This document shows positions 27,134 to 36,972 of a stretch of 64,000 nt of DNA, one piece after another. The DNA lies in IMG/VR virus record IMGVR_UViG_3300031134_000007, positions 1 to 64,000 of that record; one strand, given 5' to 3'. The position numbers were made by a program, and so were the translations under genes. The notes beneath the pieces are model-generated. The model ran no database searches and was not told the origin of the DNA. It was given only the letters and a program-made list of their open reading frames with translations. Position 1 is the stretch's first letter, and each line of letters begins with the position of its first letter. This DNA is from a virus.

Positions 27134-27403
27134 TTATTCGATGTAAGAGACATCCGCCCCTTTAACTAACACAGCACCGTGCGCGCCGACTTGGTCAAAC
27201 GACGCACTGTGCCAATATGCTGAGCACACCCCTACACGCGGGACCACCACCAGGTAGTCTTCGAGCTTGCTGTCATCAACTGAACCAACAAGTTCAATAC
27301 CTTGTCCCTGAACAACCTTTCCCGCTTTAGCGACGCCACCGCCTTTCAAGAAAGCGACCACTTTTGCGACAGGGGTTGGGTTTGAGTGTGTTTTAGTAGT
27401 CAT
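27134..27403 (-). CDS. Hypothetical protein
   Basis: 89 aa with AAGGA RBS. Confidence 0.55.
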   Translation of the reverse strand: MTTKTHSNPTPVAKVVAFLKGGGVAKAGKVVQGQGIELVGSVDDSKLEDYLVVVPRVGVCSAYWHSASFDQVGAHGAVLVKGADVSYIE

Positions 27404-27461
27404 GACTTAAATCCTTGGCTGTGTGATACGAAAAAGAGAGACTTTGCTGACACAGGATTTA

Positions 27462-28094
27462 TCAGTCACATGAGCCTGGACTGGAATCTGAAGGACTGCT
27501 GTCGTAATTTCCGTGATCTGAGTGTGACGGAGAATGATACGTTGGGCTGCAATGCCGTCCGGTATCGTTGCTGTGGCTTCGGTAATCATCACCGCTGTTC
27601 ATGCTAAGCACAGCCATTGCCGCGGTTGCGTTCATCATGTTGTCTTCCTCCCGTTGACGCGAAGGTGGAACGGGATAAGGGGTGTGACGCGTTGGAAGAC
27701 GCGGTACAGTGCGGCGAGGTAAGTGACTACTGTGTAACGGATGACCTTGACGTAACCGACTGACGAATTGCCCGTTGTGGTCAAGGTCACCAAACTTAGA
27801 CCAGTGCCCGTCGAAAAATACCCAACGATCATCGTCAATATCGAAGGTAGCCCCATCAGGTGCAATAGCCGGCAGGTCTTCATACCGTCTGACCTTGTGT
27901 GGCCAGGCAGCAATGATAACCCAGGTACCACCCGGATCTTTACGCCACAGGTTATCGCCAATGACTTTAAGTTTACCGGCTTCATCAGGCAGCGGACCTA
28001 CGCCCATGGTGGGGTCGATCCGCGGCTTGTTGTTTAACCGTGCGTTATGCTTAACGCCCCCGAATCCTAATAACTTCAAAAAGAACTTAAGCAT
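27462..28094 (-). CDS. Hypothetical protein with S/D/H-rich tail
   Basis: 210 aa; amphipathic N-terminus and low-complexity C-terminus. Confidence 0.6.
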   Translation of the reverse strand: MLKFFLKLLGFGGVKHNARLNNKPRIDPTMGVGPLPDEAGKLKVIGDNLWRKDPGGTWVIIAAWPHKVRRYEDLPAIAPDGATFDIDDDRWVFFDGHWSKFGDLDHNGQFVSRLRQGHPLHSSHLPRRTVPRLPTRHTPYPVPPSRQREEDNMMNATAAMAVLSMNSGDDYRSHSNDTGRHCSPTYHSPSHSDHGNYDSSPSDSSPGSCD

Positions 28095-28102
28095 ACGTTG
28101 CC

Positions 28103-29011
28103 TTAAATAACAATGATACGGTTTTCTGAAAAGTCGTAATCGTCAGCAGAAGGGATGTTCAGCTGATCACGACCGGCGATGTGTGGGCCACGTACATACA
28201 GTTCACCGTCTTCGTTCGCTACTGTACCGAAATGACGCAGACGCCACAACGTACCGTAATGTTCGACCGGATTCCTGCCCATGCGATCCATAAAGAATTT
28301 GTCACCCTGGAAATTCTTCGGCTCCAACGCAACACGTTGATGTACCGGGCGACCCGCGACCATGCCATCGAAGTACGCTACCAATTTATCGGCGTTGTAC
28401 GACGTCAGCATCAGGAACGACTCTTCACGGAACTGACGACCCAGCACCACGAACTGCTCACCTTCATTCGTATAATGAATGTAGCTGCGTACAGTGGCGT
28501 TGTTGTTTTGTATCCAGTTGGTGATCTCAGACAGGTTAGCGCCTTCGATCATCTTCATGGCCTGAGGTATATCAAAGCTCTGGTATTCTGCATCGAACCC
28601 CAGAGGGTCTTTCATGACCTCCTGTAACGCCTTCAGTGGGCTTTGTTTAATTAAGCCGGTAAACTCAGCCGTGTAACGCATAGAACGCGCTGTGATGGCT
28701 AACAGGCCGTTATTCCACGTCGTCCCAAGTGTTGCTTCAAGCTGACGTACAGCCACAGTGATGTCCGCGATTTCTGCATCAACCGGATTGACCATCAGAC
28801 GAGTGACTTTCAGCGCATGGCACTGTGTGTCGTTGATCTGAATATAAACCACCGCCAAGTTATCATCTTTGGCAGTAGGGTGGTTATAGACTGAAAACTT
28901 TCCGTAGTTGCGCAGATCCGCATCATAACGAATCATGTTCTCAAACTGATTCATTGCCAGTACACGCATAGTTACATCCTTACAGGTTAAGAAATTGGTT
29001 AAGATATTCAC
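28103..29011 (-). CDS. Early hypothetical protein
   Basis: About 290-302 aa; probable start MRVLAM after AAGGA; TATATTAT promoter variant at 29016-29023. Confidence 0.65.
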   Translation of the reverse strand: MNILTNFLTCKDVTMRVLAMNQFENMIRYDADLRNYGKFSVYNHPTAKDDNLAVVYIQINDTQCHALKVTRLMVNPVDAEIADITVAVRQLEATLGTTWNNGLLAITARSMRYTAEFTGLIKQSPLKALQEVMKDPLGFDAEYQSFDIPQAMKMIEGANLSEITNWIQNNNATVRSYIHYTNEGEQFVVLGRQFREESFLMLTSYNADKLVAYFDGMVAGRPVHQRVALEPKNFQGDKFFMDRMGRNPVEHYGTLWRLRHFGTVANEDGELYVRGPHIAGRDQLNIPSADDYDFSENRIIVI

Positions 29012-29057
29012 ATGGATAATATAGGTTTAAAATCAACTACAATGAGAGGAACGCACT

Positions 29058-30422
29058 ATGTTTGCTGAGGATATCCACCATATCCTGTCGGGTGCTAATC
29101 AGCAGTTGCAGGCTCCGTGGTCAGAAACACGAGACCCAATTGACTGGGCAGCAGGATTTGAGAAAGTGTCAGCAGGCTTAGAATCCTACGCGACAGCCGG
29201 CAACGGTATGACGATCAAGGAAGCTTTCCTGAAGAACTGCCCGACACTGGTTGCTAACCGCGCCTTGGTCAAAGCCCTGGCCATGTACTCCAACCGCTTT
29301 CGTACCAAGAACCAAGATCACATCAGTTTCTTTGGTGGTAACCTGATTGGTGTCTACCCGATTAAGTTTACCATCGCTGACCGCAACGAATGGTTCGACA
29401 GTATTCTGGACACCGACGAAGTGGATCTGACCAACGACGTTCATAACACCATGTGGGTCAACCCGAAGTTCCACGTCACGGGTGATCTGATGAACTTGTC
29501 AATGGTGCCACTGTTGCATTTACTGCACCATTCAAAAGAACTCAGTCCTGCCGAGATCGAACAAGGTAAGATGGACGTGGTCCGTATCTTCCACTACAAA
29601 AACTTGTCATCGATCCTGAGTCACGACTACCCGTACCCGGCCAACAAATCGGTGGCCATGGAAACGTACAAACAGCTGTCAAAGAAGTTTGACCTGAAAC
29701 AGTACGGCAGCTGGCACGCCCTAATTGATGCGCGTGCTAAGTCAATTATTACAAAGGGTACGGGGATTCACTACGAGACGTATGTCCGTATGACGGATGA
29801 CAAAGCAGTCATCTACATGGTGGGTGATGTGCAGGACCGTTTACGTGACGTGATCAACTCCATCAACAACGTGTTCCATAGCGTGAAGATGAAAGAGAAC
29901 ATGATCACGGAAGGCTCCTCATCTGTTGAGCTTGATGGCGTGCGTCACATTCGTGATGTCGAACGTGTGGTCTCCATGTACTTGCGTTATATCAAGAACA
30001 TCGTTGGGGTGGAGTCAGACTGGTACCGCCCTGAGTTGGCTGAGATCATCACCAAATCTAACCCGACCATTCCCCCTGCACCTCTTGAGACATCGCTGCG
30101 GTTTATCTCGTCGAACTACCGCTACGATAAATCGGGCACCATCGATAAGCTCTTACAAGAAACGATTCAACATCTGTTTGAATACATCTCGTCTAAGAAC
30201 TTACGGCTTAACGATATCCCTGATGTGATTTCGAAAATGAAAGGGGCTTATCGCTCTAGCCGCACCAGTAACGAAAGCTTACTGAAGATGCGGGACCTGG
30301 GCGATGAGATCGTTAACATGGCAACGGGTATTCGTACACCTGCAACAGTTGCTACCGTGCGTGTAGGGTTGTTCCTGTACATTATCCTGCGCGCCCTTTC
30401 CATGAAGCATTACTCTTCTTAA
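29058..30422 (+). CDS. Conserved virion structural protein (phiKZ gp32-like)
   Basis: 454 aa; N-terminal AGFE and AGLES motifs; family assignment from memory and position near terL. Confidence 0.6.
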   Translation: MFAEDIHHILSGANQQLQAPWSETRDPIDWAAGFEKVSAGLESYATAGNGMTIKEAFLKNCPTLVANRALVKALAMYSNRFRTKNQDHISFFGGNLIGVYPIKFTIADRNEWFDSILDTDEVDLTNDVHNTMWVNPKFHVTGDLMNLSMVPLLHLLHHSKELSPAEIEQGKMDVVRIFHYKNLSSILSHDYPYPANKSVAMETYKQLSKKFDLKQYGSWHALIDARAKSIITKGTGIHYETYVRMTDDKAVIYMVGDVQDRLRDVINSINNVFHSVKMKENMITEGSSSVELDGVRHIRDVERVVSMYLRYIKNIVGVESDWYRPELAEIITKSNPTIPPAPLETSLRFISSNYRYDKSGTIDKLLQETIQHLFEYISSKNLRLNDIPDVISKMKGAYRSSRTSNESLLKMRDLGDEIVNMATGIRTPATVATVRVGLFLYIILRALSMKHYSS

Positions 30423-30430
30423 GGACTTTT

Positions 30431-31435
30431 ATGTCTCCGTATGAAAAGAAAGACGTCGCCGACAACCTGGCACGTATTAAGGCGTTCATGACCGACGCTG
30501 TAGGGTGTGGACTCGAGTCACTGTCCACTGAACCGGCTATTCTGCTGGCGTCCGATATGGCTGCGGCTTATCCGGATTTGTTTAAAGTCGAAAGCGGTCT
30601 GGAAGGACTGAAGGGTTTACAAGCAGCCCTGGAAGCGGAACTGGCTACGCCGATGACTGCTGAACAGTTCCAAACGGCGCAGATGATTGAACTGGGTCTG
30701 GAATCACTGGAAGATGCGACTGAGATCCGTGCCCACATTGCACTCGGTGAAGGCAACGAAAGTTTCGAAACCTCTGAACAGCATCTGCAGTTTGTTGAAC
30801 ACCTTCAGGAGAAGTATCCTGATCGTCTCGACGGCACCGGTCTGGAGAGCCTGGGTAAACTTGCCACAGGTCTGGAGCAAGTGTCAGGTTTGATCGATGA
30901 TGCGCACACCCAAATGCAAACCAACGGCGCTATTGATTGGGCCAAAGTGTTTAATGCCGCTAATGTGGTTGCTTCTACCATCATCTGGCGCGCGTGGTCA
31001 CCAAAAGGTCTGATCAAGTCACGTTACCTGATGAAGGGTGCAGCTACCCTGATGCAATACAGTGAAGCAGAGCGTGCACAATCTGATGGTGCGGCCTTTG
31101 GTTTCACGGGCATACAACGTCAACGTGCCGCATCCGCTGATCGTTACGTGATGCTGGGTGAGTGCTTGCGTGGTGTGGTGGGTGTCATGGTGTTCCAGGA
31201 ATCTAACGAAGGTCGCTTCCGTGTCATGGAGATTGAAGAGATCTACCTGATACCGGAGATGCGTAGCGAAGAGAACCTGGCCGCGATGCGCGATTACATC
31301 CGTGTCGTTGCACGGGCCAACGGTTATGCAGGTGCACGTATCACCATCCCAACAGGGATCAAGTACCTCGTTGATACGTTCAGTGGTGAAGAGTTTGTTC
31401 CGTTGCGTGCAGTGGTTGCTGCCAAATATTTCTAA
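30431..31435 (+). CDS. Head protein with GLE-repeat propeptide and GNAT-like C-terminal domain
   Basis: Several GLE/ALE/GNE motifs in the first 150 aa; C-terminal VVGVMVF...IEEIYLIPEMR...ARANGY..ARI. Confidence 0.6.
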   Translation: MSPYEKKDVADNLARIKAFMTDAVGCGLESLSTEPAILLASDMAAAYPDLFKVESGLEGLKGLQAALEAELATPMTAEQFQTAQMIELGLESLEDATEIRAHIALGEGNESFETSEQHLQFVEHLQEKYPDRLDGTGLESLGKLATGLEQVSGLIDDAHTQMQTNGAIDWAKVFNAANVVASTIIWRAWSPKGLIKSRYLMKGAATLMQYSEAERAQSDGAAFGFTGIQRQRAASADRYVMLGECLRGVVGVMVFQESNEGRFRVMEIEEIYLIPEMRSEENLAAMRDYIRVVARANGYAGARITIPTGIKYLVDTFSGEEFVPLRAVVAAKYF

Positions 31436-31444
31436 GGGTTTACC

Positions 31445-32425
31445 ATGCAATTGATTACCGATGAAATGATTAAGTTACTTTCTATCCGCTCTGGTGTAGA
31501 GGCTCTGGAAAAGGATCTTGAATTGATTACGCAGTTTGTTAAACATGCTAACGGCGCAGGTCTGGAGTCGCTGGACACCCCGACCGGTAAACTGATTGAA
31601 TCCGGTTTGACCGATCGCTATCCTGACCATTTTACACCCGGCGCGGGTCTTGAGGGACTCAGTGGTTTAATCGCAACTTTGAAGAAGGGTATAGACGGAC
31701 TTAAGAAACTTGGTCGCGGCAAAGCCAAAGCCACTATTGAAAAGACCGCAGCCCCTGTTGAAGCTGAGATCAAAAACACCTACGCTAATAATAATTGGTG
31801 GGGTGGTAAGAAAATCAAAGAGACACCACCGATCACCAACAGCTTGTCTAAACTGATTGGTAACTTCTCTGATTTCTCCAGCCTTAAATCGGCGCTTACT
31901 GCAGCACAAAAAACCATGTCTGATGTATACGTTGCAAATACCAAACAGACTGAAGCGTACGGTGATTTGGTTGATAAAGTAGTAGCCGATATCCAGAAGC
32001 TTAAAGGTAAAAGTCAGGAAGAGTTAACCGCGTTTGCTAATGAAAAGATGGCGATGCTAAAGACTCACCTGGATGCTATTAAAAGTGACCTGCCGGAGAT
32101 TAAGTCAGGTGCTTCCAGTGAACTACCTCCGTTGACTGCCGAACACGGCAAGTCTCTGGGTGAGCTCATGAAAGAAATAATGAGCTGGGGTGTCGATATT
32201 GAAATGGATGCCGAAGATAATCGCATTACGTACGGTGCGGGCCAGGATACGTTTGATAACGTAGATGGTGCTGACGATAATGATGCGATGAGCAAACTTC
32301 AGTGGAACTTCTTGTATTGGGAGTCCGCAACCGAAGCTAACTCTGCACTGGCTGACAAAATCTACAAGTGGTCACTTCAGGTTGCCCAACAGCTTGAATC
32401 GGTTATTAACAGTGCCGTGAAATAA
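31445..32425 (+). CDS. Head protein with propeptide
   Basis: GVE, AGLES and AGLEG motifs in the first 70 aa. Confidence 0.6.
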   Translation: MQLITDEMIKLLSIRSGVEALEKDLELITQFVKHANGAGLESLDTPTGKLIESGLTDRYPDHFTPGAGLEGLSGLIATLKKGIDGLKKLGRGKAKATIEKTAAPVEAEIKNTYANNNWWGGKKIKETPPITNSLSKLIGNFSDFSSLKSALTAAQKTMSDVYVANTKQTEAYGDLVDKVVADIQKLKGKSQEELTAFANEKMAMLKTHLDAIKSDLPEIKSGASSELPPLTAEHGKSLGELMKEIMSWGVDIEMDAEDNRITYGAGQDTFDNVDGADDNDAMSKLQWNFLYWESATEANSALADKIYKWSLQVAQQLESVINSAVK

Positions 32426-32499
32426 TTACATAGGCGGTGGGGCTTCGGCCCTGCCCTTATGCCACCGATTACAATAATACTACCCTACCGGAGGCATAC

Positions 32500-32559
32500 A
32501 TGTCTAAATATCGCACCCTGAAGTACTGGTACTTTCGTATGTTACGTAAGCTCGAATAA
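32500..32559 (+). CDS. Candidate 19-aa peptide MSKYRTLKYWYFRMLRKLE
   Basis: GGAGG RBS 5 nt before the ATG; lies between two terminators. Confidence 0.4.
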   Translation: MSKYRTLKYWYFRMLRKLE

Positions 32560-32564
32560 TTAAT

Positions 32565-32610
32565 CGGCATAAAAAAGGAGAGGGGCGCAAGCTCCTCTCC
32601 TTTATGCTGG
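32565..32610. terminator. Bidirectional hairpin terminator
   Basis: CGGCATAAAAAAGGAGAGG-GGC-GCAA-GCT-CCTCTCCTTTATGCTGG. Confidence 0.75.
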
Positions 32611-32621
32611 TTTGAGTAATA

Positions 32622-32915
32622 TCATGCAACCATTGCCATTGGACTGATATGAATGAAGCCTTTGCTGGTACTGATACCATACAAGTGCACCGACACCAAA
32701 TCTTGCTGTAACGGAAGCATCGGGTAACCGATCATCTCCATACACTGCAGGAACTGGCAATCCGGGATACCAGGCGCGACATTCACCATCCGGGCAACTT
32801 TGTTAACAATACGATCTACTAAGTCTAACCCCAGTGCGGTGGCCACTCCTGGAGGGACTTCCGTTTCATAACGGCGAAGTAGATCAGTAAGGATACGAAA
32901 CTCTTCTTGTTTCAT
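32622..32915 (-). CDS. Hypothetical protein
   Basis: 97 aa with GAGG RBS. Confidence 0.55.
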   Translation of the reverse strand: MKQEEFRILTDLLRRYETEVPPGVATALGLDLVDRIVNKVARMVNVAPGIPDCQFLQCMEMIGYPMLPLQQDLVSVHLYGISTSKGFIHISPMAMVA

Positions 32916-32986
32916 TAAAACCTCGCTGATAAGATAAAACGTGACATGAGTCTATATGTTAGCGCACCCATGTCACGAAATACCAA

Positions 32987-35167
32987 TTAGAAGTACATGC
33001 CTGCATAACGTCGTGATTTAACACGTGAACCGAGATTAGTCGGCGGTGCGGTGTTACGACCTGCACGTGCTTTCAACTGACGCGTTTCTTTGGCTTCCAA
33101 CAACAACTGATCAACAGTCATAGCATCATTGCCCATATCGACGATTTGTGCACGCAAGTTACGCACTTGTTGCTCAAGACGTGTGATGGCCATTTGATGT
33201 GTGGCAGTTTTCAACAGCTCCATGGTGCTGGTCAATTCATCACGCAGACGAGACTGATGATCCAGCCACGCTTGCTCTTCGATGCTGTAACCTTGTGCCT
33301 GTTCAGAAACGCACATCACTTTACGTGTGTCGATTCCGTACCAGTCCTGGTGACGTGCATCGGTGATGAACCAGTAACCCAGCAGCCAAGCAATAACGAG
33401 GTCATCGTGACCGCCTGACTTATGGTCAACACGGCCGCCCTTCGCCACCAAGCCCATGATCTGATCGATCAGTTCTTTGTCGCGTGTTGCGTAACCCGTG
33501 TGCTTCGCTGCCTCCTGCAGAACACGACCATAAAGAATCGGACGTGATTGTGCGCCAGTCCAGAAGCCGAAGTACGTACGTTTGGAATCGTAGAACTCCT
33601 GTGTACGTGCACCCAGAGGTGTGTTGACCAATTCCATGAACTCCGTGCGGCGCACAGTCTGATCATCCACCAACGTATTGTAGATACGTTTAAACGGATC
33701 CATACCACGACGTGGCAATTCAATCAGTAAGTGGTCAATCAGGGATTGTGCACGGTTGCGTTCAGGAACGAACGTGGAGTTCTTGTGTTGTTCCAACAAG
33801 TCCGCCACCATGTGGTTGACGTTGATGGTGTTGGTGTTGCGGAAGTTCATGGTTGCCACTACACCCATGTCACGGATATCACGGAAGACGATGGTGTTGC
33901 TGTCCCCGGTAGAGGTCGCGTCCGACGTATCCATGCCGATGATGTAATGTGTGGCTGTTTTGTTGCTTTCGATCTCGGCCTTGGTAATGTACCACCGCAC
34001 GATGTACTTGTGCTTTGTGATCTCGGTATACACCACTTCGCGTTGCGAGGCGTTGATCTTTTCGTTGAGTGCGATCGACAGAGGAGACGTCAGGTTACCT
34101 GAAGTCCAGCGGTTAAGGAAGTCACGTTCTGCCGACTCCTTGTCGTTCTTGTTCTGTGCGATGGTTTTACGTAACCATTCGTCAGTGTACCCCAACTGGC
34201 GATGTGACATGGTGATGTTCACCGCCGGTGCTTCCGAGCCCGAGTTGTTCATGATGGTTTCAGACAAATCTTTGAAATCCACACAGTCATAGTACATCTC
34301 GTTCCACACCGCAGCATCTTGCAAGATACCGTAGAAGTACTTGCCTTCACGGGAGTCGCGTCGACCGGCCGTGGTCGTAAAGATGTTGCCATGTGGTGTG
34401 CCAAACTTCTCAGCATAACGTCGTGCAGTGGTTGTGGCGTTCAGTGCCGCCGGGATAGTGATATCCACGAATGACAAGAACGGCCCTTCATCGATGTGAA
34501 TGGTCGCCGTGGTAATACCACGACCCAGGTTGTTTGCTGCAGTTTCGTTACCCTGTGCGATGGCGGCCTTGTAAGCATTCTTCAGTGCAGCGTAGCCAAT
34601 CCACTCGGAGTTGTCCGGATCATGACGGTCACGCACCACCAGGTATTTTGGTAAGAAGTCACGCATCGCCTTGAGACGTTTAATGTTCTCAGCACGAAGG
34701 TCACCCTTGGTAATCAGGGAGATGTTGTTGTTACGACTACCAAAGTAGATTAACCACAACATGATACAGTCAGTAGAAACCGACTTCCCGGTCTGACGTG
34801 GCTGGATCAAGAACACGTCGATGTGACACAGGTAAAGCCAACTCAAAGCCATGTTGCCACGGTTGGCGATATAACGAATACCTTCAGCCTGACCCGGAAC
34901 ACGGATGCGAATCACTTCACGAATGAAGTACCAGAAGTTGATACTGCACTCGATGGCGATCGCCTTCTTTTGCTCTTCCGTTAAGTTGGGATCATACGGG
35001 TCTACGTCGATTAGAGACTTGTTGAACAAGGAGAGCATAAACAGGCAGTTCTTCACACCCATGTCATGCATCTTCTTCGCAACTTTCAAGAAGCTGTCGT
35101 TCTTGGTCTCATAATGAACGTGTGGCATCATTCGGTATTTACACCAATCATTGCCATACAGTATCAT
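32987..35167 (-). CDS. terL: Terminase large subunit
   Basis: Walker A QPRQTGKS, Walker B IHIDEG, motif TTT, nuclease IGMD...HDDLVIA. Confidence 0.92.
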   Translation of the reverse strand: MILYGNDWCKYRMMPHVHYETKNDSFLKVAKKMHDMGVKNCLFMLSLFNKSLIDVDPYDPNLTEEQKKAIAIECSINFWYFIREVIRIRVPGQAEGIRYIANRGNMALSWLYLCHIDVFLIQPRQTGKSVSTDCIMLWLIYFGSRNNNISLITKGDLRAENIKRLKAMRDFLPKYLVVRDRHDPDNSEWIGYAALKNAYKAAIAQGNETAANNLGRGITTATIHIDEGPFLSFVDITIPAALNATTTARRYAEKFGTPHGNIFTTTAGRRDSREGKYFYGILQDAAVWNEMYYDCVDFKDLSETIMNNSGSEAPAVNITMSHRQLGYTDEWLRKTIAQNKNDKESAERDFLNRWTSGNLTSPLSIALNEKINASQREVVYTEITKHKYIVRWYITKAEIESNKTATHYIIGMDTSDATSTGDSNTIVFRDIRDMGVVATMNFRNTNTINVNHMVADLLEQHKNSTFVPERNRAQSLIDHLLIELPRRGMDPFKRIYNTLVDDQTVRRTEFMELVNTPLGARTQEFYDSKRTYFGFWTGAQSRPILYGRVLQEAAKHTGYATRDKELIDQIMGLVAKGGRVDHKSGGHDDLVIAWLLGYWFITDARHQDWYGIDTRKVMCVSEQAQGYSIEEQAWLDHQSRLRDELTSTMELLKTATHQMAITRLEQQVRNLRAQIVDMGNDAMTVDQLLLEAKETRQLKARAGRNTAPPTNLGSRVKSRRYAGMYF

Positions 35168-35229
35168 AAAACGTGTTCCTTATAAAGCACAGGGTTGAGG
35201 GCGAAAGCCCCCAACACCTGTACAGTGAG

Positions 35230-36972
35230 TTACTGCTTGACCACCAGGGCAGAAACACCCAGCTGCAGTTCAACGTTACCCGTGTCCGTCTTCAACCACT
35301 TCACGTACACCGTCTGACCTACGTTCAGAATGGTGCTGATCGTCAGAACCGCGTTCCACTGCGCTACCGGATAGCGGTACACGTGGGTGCTGTCGACATA
35401 GATCTCAAAGTGGGTTGGTTCAGGTGCTTTCGACTCAGAGGCAATCGAGCGCAATGGGCGTGTATTGTAGAACATCTGCTGCAGCCACTCTGCGTAGGTC
35501 GCAATCCCCGCATCGACTTTCACCGTACGGGAGTTAGCAGTCTGCGTTGTGACTTTACAGGAGAGTCCCACACCAAACAGCGGGTCTTGACCAGGGTCGA
35601 ACCCTACAGTCCAGTCCGTGCCGGTGGCAAGACCCGGTGCGCCGTACAAGACAACGTCGAGTTTCTGCACGTGACGGAACGGTTTCCAGCGAGAGTCAAC
35701 ATCTGACAAGGTTACCGCGTAAGACAGATGCTGCACTACACCGTAGTTCAATCCATCAAACGGTTCAGAGTTGGTGGCGACTTCCACTTTATCCGTTACT
35801 TCGTAAGCCATCTGACGATCCAGGTTATACAACCACCAGGACATCTTCCAGCCAAGCGCTGCAGAAGCGAACACCGGATAGCCGTACAGCTTCGCCGCGT
35901 AAGCACCCACGGCTTCGGTGGTCCGGATGCGATACTGCTCATCCACGTGCTTCTTCTCACCTGGGTTAGCCGATACCGCTTGTTCGTCGTCGTTCAGGAA
36001 GTAGGTCAGCGTCAGGTTAGCCTGTTGTCCCACGATAGTTGGGATATATTCCCGCATACCGTTTAACACCATGCGTTCGCCATCAACCGGCCAGTCCTTG
36101 TACGAGTTGTCGGTGTACCAAACACGCGCACGGAACTCCACCTGACTCAGGTCACGAATCGAAACCGGAATCTCAAGCAGGTTTGGATCAGCGCCGTTCA
36201 TGAATGGCGAGAGCAGTTGTACGGCTTTCACGTACTTCTGACCCGATTCATTACGACGGACAAACGCCGTGTTCTGCACCACCATGCGGTACGCCGGGAG
36301 AATAGCACCGCCATTCTTGTCGTACGCCACAAACGTCAGGGTTTCCCCATCGGCTAAGTTCATGGAGCAGTTGCACGGCATCGGGATACGCACCGCAATG
36401 TTGCGTGAATCGTTGAACTTGGCCAGTTCCAAAGGAACCGTGTCGCTCACGATGTTACCCGAGTTGTCGTATTGACAGCTGACCACTTTGCCGTTGACAC
36501 CAATATCGTTGTTCAGCCAGATTTTAGCCGACGCTGCATTGGAACCCCACACCTGAATGCGGTTATCCACACTCATCACCGGCGGCATCTGCGAGTAGTC
36601 AATACCGCAAACAATGAATTCACTGGTCAGGCGAGAGATACTGCCAAGAATCACCAGGTCATCATTGGTAGTGCCCGCACGGTCCGGTGCTTCCCAGGGA
36701 ACCAGGGTCGACAGGTTTTCACCTTCCAGACCAACATGAGCAACGTAGAACCAACCGTTGTCTTTGTCGTTGACCCAGTCACCTTCTTTCGGAACGTAAG
36801 CGTAGTAGCCGTTTTCCTGAATGAAGGCCGGGCCTTTATAGATGTTACGAATATCCCAAAACGCAACGAGGTCGTTTGCCTTGGGAAGGATAGGTTTCAA
36901 GGCCGCCGCCAATGTGGTCGTGGTCTTGAACGCACCGCTCAATAAATCAGTCATCAGATTATCCTGCAGCAA
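35230..36972 (-). CDS. Virion structural (baseplate/tail) protein, phiKZ gp26-like
   Basis: 580 aa; syntenic between terL and the sheath gene. Confidence 0.7.
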   Translation of the reverse strand: MLQDNLMTDLLSGAFKTTTTLAAALKPILPKANDLVAFWDIRNIYKGPAFIQENGYYAYVPKEGDWVNDKDNGWFYVAHVGLEGENLSTLVPWEAPDRAGTTNDDLVILGSISRLTSEFIVCGIDYSQMPPVMSVDNRIQVWGSNAASAKIWLNNDIGVNGKVVSCQYDNSGNIVSDTVPLELAKFNDSRNIAVRIPMPCNCSMNLADGETLTFVAYDKNGGAILPAYRMVVQNTAFVRRNESGQKYVKAVQLLSPFMNGADPNLLEIPVSIRDLSQVEFRARVWYTDNSYKDWPVDGERMVLNGMREYIPTIVGQQANLTLTYFLNDDEQAVSANPGEKKHVDEQYRIRTTEAVGAYAAKLYGYPVFASAALGWKMSWWLYNLDRQMAYEVTDKVEVATNSEPFDGLNYGVVQHLSYAVTLSDVDSRWKPFRHVQKLDVVLYGAPGLATGTDWTVGFDPGQDPLFGVGLSCKVTTQTANSRTVKVDAGIATYAEWLQQMFYNTRPLRSIASESKAPEPTHFEIYVDSTHVYRYPVAQWNAVLTISTILNVGQTVYVKWLKTDTGNVELQLGVSALVVKQ

